A stretch of 64,000 nt of DNA from Histomonas meleagridis 2922-C6/04-290x (taxonomy: Eukaryota > Protista > Parabasalia), in NCBI GenBank assembly GCA_020184695.1, contig JAANOX010000126.1, forward strand, positions 62,001-126,000, given 5' to 3'. The position numbers and the translations under genes are program-made. Below, one piece after another: positions 34,502 to 43,716 of this stretch. Positions within the stretch are counted from its first letter, which is position 1, and each line of letters begins with the position of its first letter. The notes below the pieces were generated by a model. The model did no database searches and was not told the origin of the DNA. It worked only from the letters and a program-made list of their open reading frames with translations.

Positions 34502-36313
34502 ATGGAAACCTCAAAAATCATTGAGGAATTAGATAATTTGCAAGAACACCTTGAAGACATAAAAGAAGAAAATTATAATAATGTAAAAAAAATAATTTTA
34601 GAAAGTCAATATCTTCAAACAAATGATGGAATTGAATCACTCGTTCATCTTCTAAATACAACAGCACGTTTTAGACCATTTTTTATTCCATTGCTAGTGC
34701 GTTTATCCATTGAACTCACATCATCAATTCCCGAAATCAAATCTTCTCTTTTTGAAGAACTTAATTCCCAACAAAATAGGGAAGTTGGGCGACATTATTT
34801 TCTATACTGTCTATTTTCTAAAGGATATTTTACCATTGATCAAATCATCTCCAAGATTACTCATTATATGTCAATAGATAATGTACCAGAATATGCATCC
34901 TTATATGTTTGGTTTGCGCCAGAAATTAAAGAACACAATCCCACTCTTTTTGAATCTATTACCCAACCATCAGATGATTACATGTCACCTGATCTTGAAT
35001 ATTTTTGGGAACGAAAGGATTCATTATTTGCTAATGACTTTGCGTTACTTAAAACGCTTCGTTCTAAAGGTCTTAACGACGCGCCATATTTCCATTGCTT
35101 TATAGAAGATGATCCGACAGATCTTTCAGATGTCGATGTTGAAACCACATTACCAATTTCATGTTATGATCGCTTCTTTCTCTTACAATCTTCACCACCA
35201 TTAATTCATTTAGCTGCATATTTTAATGCGTCCAAATGTTTTGATTATTTAATGAAAAAAGGCGCAAACTTAAAATCAACTGATTCATATAATCGAACGC
35301 TTGACTTATATTGCATTGCTGGATCGAACATTGAAGCGTTTTCACGTATTGAAGAGCCGAATATATTTAAATGTTTATTAATTGCTACATCTAATCATCG
35401 TAATAATATGGTGGAGATGTTGCAAAGTAAACAATCCACAGAAGATAACTTAACTGTCTTCGGATCAATGTTACATCAATCTTGTGGAACTCATAATATT
35501 CATATGACTTTAATGTGCATCAAAAATGGCGCTGATATAAACTTGGCTAACTCTAATGGCGAAACGCCTTTGCATTATACTGCTAACTATGGACACTTCG
35601 ATTTGGCAAAACTTTTACTTGCTCAAAAGGATATTAATCCAAACCCTCAAAATAATGAAATTAATTTTTGTTTTTTTGGCGTTTAAATTATTCTTTCGAT
35701 ACTCCCCTTCATCTCGCAATAGCTTCTTTCTCAACGAGAACAGCTCTTGTACTTTTATCAACGAAAAATATTGATATCACATTACGAGCTAAAATTTGTT
35801 TTTGTGATTTTTTGTCTTTTGTTTTAATTTGGTATTTGTTTTAATTACTTCAAACACCATTACATTTGGCTGCTATTTATGGTAACTTGAATGTATTAAA
35901 CAAACTTCTTTCGATGGATAATGTCGATTATAATGTGAAAAATGTTTCGCTGAGAACACCTTTGCATTTGGCTTTAATGAATAGAGCTTTCGACTGTGTT
36001 AAGGTTCTTTTGAATTTAAAGGATATACAAATTAATGCTCAAGATGTAATAGGAAGAACCCCATTACATTATGCTGTGTTACTGAAAAACGAGGAAATTT
36101 TGAACTTGTTGGTTGCGAAGGAAGGTATAGATGTGAATCTGAAATGTAGCGTCGCTTTGTATTATTTAGAGGAGTTCGTTTTGCATTTAGTTTACACCTT
36201 ATGAATATGCAGACCTCACAAAATATGAATTCGGTAAGCAACTACTTGATCCTTCAAAATGGCCAGCGCCACCACCAGAAAATGAACCAGAAAATAATGA
36301 TGAAAATAACTAA
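34502..36313 (+). CDS. DUF3447-type ankyrin-repeat protein interrupted by three non-canonical inserts (563 aa if removed)
   Basis: Segments 34502-35656, 35692-35793, 35845-~36156 and ~36191-36313 give consecutive 34-aa ankyrin repeats and a tail ending PPPENEPENNDENN*. Confidence 0.8.
35657..35691 (+). other. Ankyrin-interrupting insert E2 (35 nt)
   Basis: Lies between NPQNN and SFDTPLHLA, contains an in-frame TAA and shifts frame. GG at 35678-79, Thr at 35701. Confidence 0.8.
35794..35844 (+). other. Ankyrin-interrupting insert E3 (51 nt)
   Basis: Lies between ITLRAK and LLQTPLHLA, in frame but ending in TAA. ATTTGG with GG at 35831-32, Thr at 35854. Confidence 0.8.
36157..36190 (+). other. 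Ankyrin-interrupting insert E4 (34 nt; junction uncertain)
   Basis: Lies between DVNLKC and TPYEYA and shifts frame. GG at 36171-72, Thr at 36194. Confidence 0.7.
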
Positions 36314-36751
36314 AAATAATAATAATAATAATTTTTATTTTATATAAATAAGTAATAATAAATTATATTGAACAAATCTATAAATTATTGATTGTATTTT
36401 TTATCTATTCTATATATCTCATTAGATATATAATTTTCCTTGGTTTCCAGTTTAGAAAGATTTATAAATTATTATGTATCATATATTTACCGATATTTTA
36501 TTTTGTTTTATATTTGTAAATAATCATTTTTAGGAAATTTGATCCAAATACTTCTAATTATTCAACTTCTAAATCATTGATTAATTCTTCATTTTGATAA
36601 TAAATCTTTCTTTCAAATTATAAAACTAAAGGAAAAAATGATAAGATCAAACTGTATATACAGTATAGATAGTACATTAATGATATAATGATTTTACATA
36701 TTTCAAAAAAAGAAAAAAAAAATATGAAAAAGCAGAAATTTATTTAAAATT

Positions 36752-38272
36752 TCATGGATAATATGGGGTAGTATCCCAGGTGTCCAACATTTCTACCAAG
36801 AATGCATCAATTTTGACTCTCCTTTCTCTGAATTGAGCTAATTCTTTCTCATTAATGAATCTAGGAACATTTGGTCTTTTTAGAGCATTTGGCCTTAACA
36901 TCCATATCAAGTTGCTAAAAGGTAATTCTTCTAAACCAACTAATTGAACGATTTCCTGGAAAGATCCAACTATGTATCCCAATGCATTTAAACTTACTGG
37001 ATCCAAATTATTAGTTAAAATATCTAAAAATTCATGTATATTAGTTGCTTCAAATAATGATGGAATTAATTCATCTGGAATCAAAGGAATTTGCTCATTG
37101 ATCCATCTTGAGAAAATGTAACACATTTCTCTCAAAGTAATTAATTGGAAATTTGTTTGTCCATATTCTAATTCATTAATAAATTCTTTTGGTATTGTTA
37201 TACGATCTCTTTCCTTAAAAATTTCACTTATTTGAGTGGGGGTTGAAAATTCGATTCTAATTATTAGCATCTGAACTAATTCTTGAATTATTGTCGGAAT
37301 TTTTGAATCAGATTTTTCACGTTGGAACCAAAGTTGTTCATATATACTTGAATAAAGGCTACAAATATTATTATTATATTTATAAAGAATTGCTTTTGCG
37401 CTTTCTAAATTGGTCTTTTTAATTCCATGATAACATCGAACTGAGAATCTAATATAACATAATTGAGCAATGTTTGCAATCTTGTCGTTCACTGCATTCT
37501 CTTGTTTTAAGAAATATGATTTAATTATTGGCTCACTTTCTTTTGTTGAGGGGAATATCGTGGTCATAACAAGTAAAATTTCCCATGTTCTTAACTCTGA
37601 TAAAGCGTTTTTATTTTCTTTGGTTTGTGAGATTAATTGGAAGTACACTTCATCACATAGTTTTAAGTTTTCAAACAAAATTTCAACAATTTCATTTATA
37701 AGATCACCTTTACCATTACTTTGATAACTCTTAATCAAATGAGATACTTGGATTGCAAGCTTTGAAAGTTTTGGGTTATGGAGCTTTGTAAGACTTGTAT
37801 GAGGTGACCTCTTTGTGTACTTTGCTCTTTCTATAGCTGGAACTTCTTTTTTCCTAAAGAATCCTTTTGTATCACTATTAAAATTATTATTTGCATAACT
37901 ATCATAATCATAATTATTATTATTTAGATATCTTTGGGGTTGTAGAAAAGATCTTTCTGAATTAGAACTCCTATAACTAGGTCCAGCTTCAGGATTATTA
38001 TTTCGCTTTAAACCAAAAGATTTGGTATTGAACATATAATTGCTTGTAGGAATTGATTGACTACGTTTAGAGTATGGTTCTGATTTTTTAAATATGTTAT
38101 CAATTTTACTTCTAAAATTACGGAAACTTGATTTAGATGAACCTTTAGGAATTCGATTTCTATTTCTTTGAAAACGTGAAAAGAAGCCAGTTCCTTTAGA
38201 TTCTTTATCCCAAATACAATGTATATTATATGAAAGTATCAAAGTAATGAAAAGAAGTGAGCTTTTCATCAT
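36752..38272 (-). CDS. Signal-peptide-bearing MyTH4 + degenerate RhoGAP-like protein (paralog of 9790-11301)
   Basis: LCDEVYFQLISQTKEN...TWEILLVM signature. Shares FNTKSFG, SFLxPQxY and IFPSTKESEPIIKS with the 9790 ORF. Confidence 0.62.
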   Translation of the reverse strand: MMKSSLLFITLILSYNIHCIWDKESKGTGFFSRFQRNRNRIPKGSSKSSFRNFRSKIDNIFKKSEPYSKRSQSIPTSNYMFNTKSFGLKRNNNPEAGPSYRSSNSERSFLQPQRYLNNNNYDYDSYANNNFNSDTKGFFRKKEVPAIERAKYTKRSPHTSLTKLHNPKLSKLAIQVSHLIKSYQSNGKGDLINEIVEILFENLKLCDEVYFQLISQTKENKNALSELRTWEILLVMTTIFPSTKESEPIIKSYFLKQENAVNDKIANIAQLCYIRFSVRCYHGIKKTNLESAKAILYKYNNNICSLYSSIYEQLWFQREKSDSKIPTIIQELVQMLIIRIEFSTPTQISEIFKERDRITIPKEFINELEYGQTNFQLITLREMCYIFSRWINEQIPLIPDELIPSLFEATNIHEFLDILTNNLDPVSLNALGYIVGSFQEIVQLVGLEELPFSNLIWMLRPNALKRPNVPRFINEKELAQFRERRVKIDAFLVEMLDTWDTTPYYP

Positions 38273-38516
38273 TAAAAGTGAAATGTTTTTCCGGAAATAT
38301 TTGTATTTAAGAAAAGCTTTTAATATTGAACCAAAAAACTCTTTTACATCATTTTACACTTTCGTTTTATAACTGTTTGAATTCTCTATTTTTCATATAG
38401 TAAATTAAAACAACTGAATTACTTTACATTCTAAATAGAATATCAAAAAACTTTAAATGAAATTTTATTCTGTGAAAAAATGTAAACGTTCGTTTTAAGG
38501 GTGTCCTGTTTCCCCA

Positions 38517-39683
38517 ATGTTTACTTTGCTTCTTTATTCATCAATTTCAACAAAATGGGACTTTAATTTTAAAGAATTTCAAGAAAAGCTTAATGGATCA
38601 TCTGACATGCCAATTTTTATTTTGCTCTCAACAGAATATTGCTCAAAATGTAAAGAATATATCGACATTTATCAAAAATATCAGAAGAGTTATGGTAACA
38701 GAGCAGACATTTATACAACTTTTGTAGATTGTCTTGCAAATGAAAGTGTATGTCAATATTTTAATGTTTCCCAAGTTCCTCAATTGCTTTTTATCATCGG
38801 GAAGGATCCAAGGTATTGGCCTAAAGTAGAAGGAAAAACTGAAGAAGAGTGGAACAAATTCTTTGATTTTTATCTTGGTTCAAATTTCCACAAAACACAA
38901 TCATTTCCGAAGTTCAAGAAAGGTAGTAGCGACACCATATTTAAGATAGAAGTTAAAAACGACCAAGATCCAATAGTAAGGAAGCTGCGAAGGTTATCAT
39001 CGCAATTCAAGAAATATAAAAGTAGATTTTATTACATGATCAATTCAAATGTCGAAAATTATCAAATGAATGCAGTTGTATCCGACAAGTGCTCCATTAA
39101 ATTCGAAGGAAACGATGATAACCTTGAACAATTTATTACAATAAATTCATTCGGTCCTCTCCACAAATACGACTACAATGAATATCACATGATTTCAGGC
39201 AATACTCCGTTGGCTGTTCTTGTAGTTGAAAAAGATCTTCTTCCTATTCAAAAAACAGCACTTCTTGAATTATCCAATAAATATTGTGGAAAAATGAAGT
39301 TTGGATGGGTTTCATACTCCGAAGCACCAGAAATTGTCAAAGATGACGCTCATGATAATACTGATTTACCAATGATGATTTTCAATGGTAAATGTAAAAC
39401 ATTTACGAAGATACGCTCTATAGAGCTTGCTGACTCAGGCTTCTTCGAGAAGTCGTTGAATAATGAAATTTGCGATCAAATATTTGATACCAAAAAAAAC
39501 ATTAAAATTTCAGAACGTTACATCAATAATTCAAACGACGATAAATTTGAAGAAGTCACAACAGAAATACTTCCAGAGGGAAAGACCGAAGGATGGAAAA
39601 TCATATTAACTTTCGTTATGTCAGGATTTGCCTTAATTACAGTTCTAAATTTATTTGGTAAGAGTGGAAAACAAATTTACTAA
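38517..39683 (+). CDS. Secretory-pathway thioredoxin/PDI-like membrane protein
   Basis: Signal peptide, CSKC (CxxC), FVDC...C thioredoxin pattern, C-terminal TM. Confidence 0.65.
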   Translation: MFTLLLYSSISTKWDFNFKEFQEKLNGSSDMPIFILLSTEYCSKCKEYIDIYQKYQKSYGNRADIYTTFVDCLANESVCQYFNVSQVPQLLFIIGKDPRYWPKVEGKTEEEWNKFFDFYLGSNFHKTQSFPKFKKGSSDTIFKIEVKNDQDPIVRKLRRLSSQFKKYKSRFYYMINSNVENYQMNAVVSDKCSIKFEGNDDNLEQFITINSFGPLHKYDYNEYHMISGNTPLAVLVVEKDLLPIQKTALLELSNKYCGKMKFGWVSYSEAPEIVKDDAHDNTDLPMMIFNGKCKTFTKIRSIELADSGFFEKSLNNEICDQIFDTKKNIKISERYINNSNDDKFEEVTTEILPEGKTEGWKIILTFVMSGFALITVLNLFGKSGKQIY

Positions 39684-40366
39684 ATGTGATTAAAATTGTA
39701 TATTTAGAATATTTGTGTAAACTTTGATTATAGAATTTTTATTGGATTTATTGTTTTTGGTTTTAAGACGATTCGTTAACAAATGTTTTAAATTTATTCT
39801 AGGTATATTCGAATATATTTAATAAAATATGTTAAATATATTTAATAAGCTTGCCATAAATTATAGTGATAATTCAGCAAAATATATAAAATAAAGAAGT
39901 TTGTATATTCGATTATTAACTTTTGAATTTTGATTATTGTAGATGAACTGCATATTAAAACAAAAGATTAACATTTAGGCATGCAGGTTATACTTATGTC
40001 AAGATCATTTCGCTAAATCTCATGAGATTTATTAATTATATGTTTTACTTTCTGTTCTACACTTGTAATGTGCATAAACTTTGTGATAGTATTCAGTATA
40101 TATTTCATTAATTCTTCTTTTTATTTCTAAAGTTTAACTTCGCAATAGATTTTCCGGTTGCACGCTCCGATTGAAAAAGTTTTCCGGCGACAACAAAAAA
40201 CCAATCGACAATAAAACATCAAAAAAAGACAGCTTTTTGAATGCGGTTTAGCGAAAATGGACATGATCGTAACTTCAAAATTCATAAACAGTGTTTACAA
40301 TTTCACACACAAATTCCATACTCAATTCAAAAATTTAAACGTGCGAATATTGCGGCGTTCTGCATA

Positions 40367-43300
40367 ATGGTCACCGCAATCCTCCTGTTTGCAATCGGGG
40401 TTCAATCTCTTGAAACTTGTCCGTTTTGTTTTCTTTTTGACGCTCTTAAAAGTAAGATTTCACAGACACAAAAAAACAACTTTTCAACAAATAAAGGCTA
40501 TGATCTTCGTACATTTATTAATTGTCTTACATATTTTCAAAGTGAAATCAAGATTGATTCTGGAGTTGTTATTGAAATATATAATTTATCCATATTTGAC
40601 CTTGATCTAACTAAAATTTCAATTAGTGATATTTCAAACAGCACTTCAAAAATTCTACAACTCACCATTGCGTTTACCAAACTTTCGTTTTCATGTGATG
40701 ATCTTAAGATTCATGCCATCTGGACATTTGATACATATGTTGCTGCTACTCTTCATGATGTTGAAATTGGGATTCCTCTTGTTTTTAACGAAACTCAAGA
40801 TGGGCTAATTCATAATGTGATCGTTGAAAAGCAAAACGTTACATCACAATTTGGAAATATGGAAGTTAATTCAAGTTTTCCACTTGCTGAAATCGCAATT
40901 GAACTTGCCGCTCCATATCTCATTAAAGAGTTAGCAAAGACCATTGCGCCACCTTTAACAAGTTTCTTTGAACATATCAATCACTATGCAAGTAATCACA
41001 CAATCACGAAAACTTCTTATCAAAACCCATTTGTAGGGTTTAATGCTGATGACATCAAAGATCTTCGCCAATATTCAGTTATTGATGCGTTTCGATTTTT
41101 CCTAAATGTATTTTTCTCACCAGGCGAAGAAAAACTCGATGTCAATTGGATCATTAACAAACTTACTAACCAAACAGGAGTAGTTAAACTCTCAGAATAT
41201 CAAGAACCTCTTAATTATACATTGCCTATTCAAATATCAACAGATACGAATTTTGCCGAAATAAATATATCAATTATGGATTTATCAGTTTCGGGCTTAA
41301 ATTCTTTCCATGATTTTGATTTTCTTAATGCTGTTAATGGTTATTTATTTGATTCTTCATTTGGACTTAGTAACCTTAGCATTGATTTAAAGTTTGGGTT
41401 ACAACTTAATATTCATGAAAATTCACATATTCATACAAAGAAAGCAGTTTTATTGATTGAAGATGATTTTTCTTTATCGATTAATCAAAATTTATTTGAT
41501 CTTCAATTACAATTAGTATCGCCTAAAGAAAGTGGAACTAATTATACTGATGCGCAATGTTTAAATGTTAAATGTATTGAAGCAATGTTTTCACCAGAAG
41601 ATACTAAATTCACAAACATTTATTTTAATACATCTATTGATCAATTTAATATTGTTCCAACTGAATATGATCCACGAAATCAACTTGAATATCAATTATA
41701 TGTTTCTATTCAAAATGTTCTTTTTTTTTTCGAGAGAAAGTTCCCTAAAGCATTTCCACTTTATTTGAATTCATTAGTTTATTATTATTTATTCCCTAAC
41801 TTAAACACTGGTATTAAATCTATGCTTACAAATGCAAAATGTAATAATATTGAAACTAAATCAACATCAGCATTTAATCTGAAAGTATCAATGATTGGAC
41901 TTGGAGTAGGATTAGGAGTGGTATTAATCATATATTTAATTAATTGTTTCGCTGTACCATATCGAAATCATTATAAATATATGAAATTAGCTTCACTTGT
42001 AACAACAGGTGAACTTAATATGGCATCGATATCAGGCGATGACTTAAATAACTTTGATAAAACTTCTGGATTTTTAGCAAACTTCTTTAGAAATGATGAC
42101 CAAGGAAGTTTAATGATGAACAAGAAGTTAAATATATTCATACGATTATTAATGCCATTATTAATATTTATTAATGCTGCAGTGTTTATATCAGCGAATA
42201 GTGGTATGGGACTTCAAATTGTTGTTGGCGTTTATCCGACAAGTGAACGATTACTTAAGATGCCTTCGTTATTTGATTTCATGATTGTTGATTCCATCCA
42301 AAAGATATGGAATGGGAATGCGAAATTCTTAGCTGTTTTGATTACTATATTTTCCATTATTTGGCCATATGTTAAATTGATTTTAATGTTAATTGTTTGG
42401 ATGATGCCTGTTATTTATATTGGTAAAGTCCATCGAGAACGAATCTTAAAACTTTTGGATGCACTTGGTAAATGGTCTTTCTTTGATACATTTGTTATGG
42501 CAATTACGATTGTATCATTTGGTTTAATTCTTGAGTTCCCAATTCAAGATCCGAAATGTCCAGAACCTTTACGAGTTCGATTAATGACAACACCTGATTA
42601 TGCTTTTTATGCGTTATCAATTGGTACTGTTTTCTCACTTGCGATTTCACATGTAATGCTTGGCTTTATTCGTTATGTTGATGATTCTTTAGATGACACT
42701 ACAGATAAATCGCGGAATTTCTTATTCACATCATGCAAAAATGTTATCTTTAGACATATAATAACATTTTTAATAGTTGCAACATTAGTTTTATATATAG
42801 TCGGTATTATCTTTGATGCGTTTTCTCTTCATTTCGTTGGTTTAACAGGTTATGTAATGGAATTATTAAACATTGCGCCAACAATTAGTTATTCAGCATT
42901 AAATATCGCATCGAAATTCACATCTACTTCAAGTGATCCAAACTCGTTCGGAATTCGTTTCGTACAAGTTCTTTATTGTATCATTGTTCTTGTTATTCCT
43001 TTCTTACATATCATCGCTACGTTCATATTATGGGTAATACCTCTATCGAAGAAATTACAAATCTTCTTATTTAAGACTTGCGAAGTTCTTTATTCGTGGG
43101 CTTCAATGGACGTATATGCAATCAGTATGGCCGGCGCTTTGGCTGAAGTCGCTTCGTTCTCAAGAACTTTGATTCCGTGCGGTAATTTGAATAATTTGAT
43201 ATCCGAATACTTCTATGACGTGCCATATGTGCCCGGGCATCAGACTTGCTTCGATGCTTACACAACATTTACAAAAGGAGCTTACATTCTGTTTGCAGGC

Positions 43301-43435
43301 GCGTTCACACAGAACTTCATCACAATAGCAGTGAACATCTACGCAAAGAAATTCCTTTATAAACAAGGAAATGATGTAAACGCTATGGTAGATGATGAGC
43401 CACTTAAACCGGATGACGAACAAAGATATGATTGA
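40367..43435 (+). CDS. Large multi-pass membrane protein with C-terminal PqiA-like domains
   Basis: Signal from ATG 40367 (MVTAILLFAIGVQS). IFSIIWPYVKL...LGKWSFFDTFV and WASMDVY resemble PqiA motifs. Confidence 0.65.
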   Translation: MVTAILLFAIGVQSLETCPFCFLFDALKSKISQTQKNNFSTNKGYDLRTFINCLTYFQSEIKIDSGVVIEIYNLSIFDLDLTKISISDISNSTSKILQLTIAFTKLSFSCDDLKIHAIWTFDTYVAATLHDVEIGIPLVFNETQDGLIHNVIVEKQNVTSQFGNMEVNSSFPLAEIAIELAAPYLIKELAKTIAPPLTSFFEHINHYASNHTITKTSYQNPFVGFNADDIKDLRQYSVIDAFRFFLNVFFSPGEEKLDVNWIINKLTNQTGVVKLSEYQEPLNYTLPIQISTDTNFAEINISIMDLSVSGLNSFHDFDFLNAVNGYLFDSSFGLSNLSIDLKFGLQLNIHENSHIHTKKAVLLIEDDFSLSINQNLFDLQLQLVSPKESGTNYTDAQCLNVKCIEAMFSPEDTKFTNIYFNTSIDQFNIVPTEYDPRNQLEYQLYVSIQNVLFFFERKFPKAFPLYLNSLVYYYLFPNLNTGIKSMLTNAKCNNIETKSTSAFNLKVSMIGLGVGLGVVLIIYLINCFAVPYRNHYKYMKLASLVTTGELNMASISGDDLNNFDKTSGFLANFFRNDDQGSLMMNKKLNIFIRLLMPLLIFINAAVFISANSGMGLQIVVGVYPTSERLLKMPSLFDFMIVDSIQKIWNGNAKFLAVLITIFSIIWPYVKLILMLIVWMMPVIYIGKVHRERILKLLDALGKWSFFDTFVMAITIVSFGLILEFPIQDPKCPEPLRVRLMTTPDYAFYALSIGTVFSLAISHVMLGFIRYVDDSLDDTTDKSRNFLFTSCKNVIFRHIITFLIVATLVLYIVGIIFDAFSLHFVGLTGYVMELLNIAPTISYSALNIASKFTSTSSDPNSFGIRFVQVLYCIIVLVIPFLHIIATFILWVIPLSKKLQIFLFKTCEVLYSWASMDVYAISMAGALAEVASFSRTLIPCGNLNNLISEYFYDVPYVPGHQTCFDAYTTFTKGAYILFAGAFTQNFITIAVNIYAKKFLYKQGNDVNAMVDDEPLKPDDEQRYD

Positions 43436-43716
43436 GTTCGTCAAAACGAGAATTAAAAAATCTTTCAACTTTTCATTTTTAATGTTTTGATGAGTTATGA
43501 AATTACTTAAAACATTAATTTTTTCGTGAGAGATTGTTACAAAATATTTGGAATATATCGTTCTGGAGTTCTTAGTTATATATAATCATTTGTATAAGTT
43601 GAAAAAAATATTGATTTGACATAAGGCAGAGAAGTTTATTCATATGTAAATTGGTACTAATATTTAGAAATTGGAGAAGAACGTTTAATAATTTATACGT
43701 TAAATGAGGAAAATTC

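Noticed and set aside
36146-36190. GT...AG 45-nt candidate intron overlapping E4
   Set aside because: Removal keeps the wrong frame (AAA TTT TAC ACC TTA TGA) and does not reach TPYEYA.
40014-40031. 18-nt perfect palindrome TAAATCTCATGAGATTTA
   Set aside because: About one is expected by chance in 64 kb of AT-rich DNA; no supporting context.
40241-40366. N-terminal 42 aa of the 1064-aa ORF
   Set aside because: The signal peptide begins at ATG 40367 and the upstream part looks like promoter sequence.
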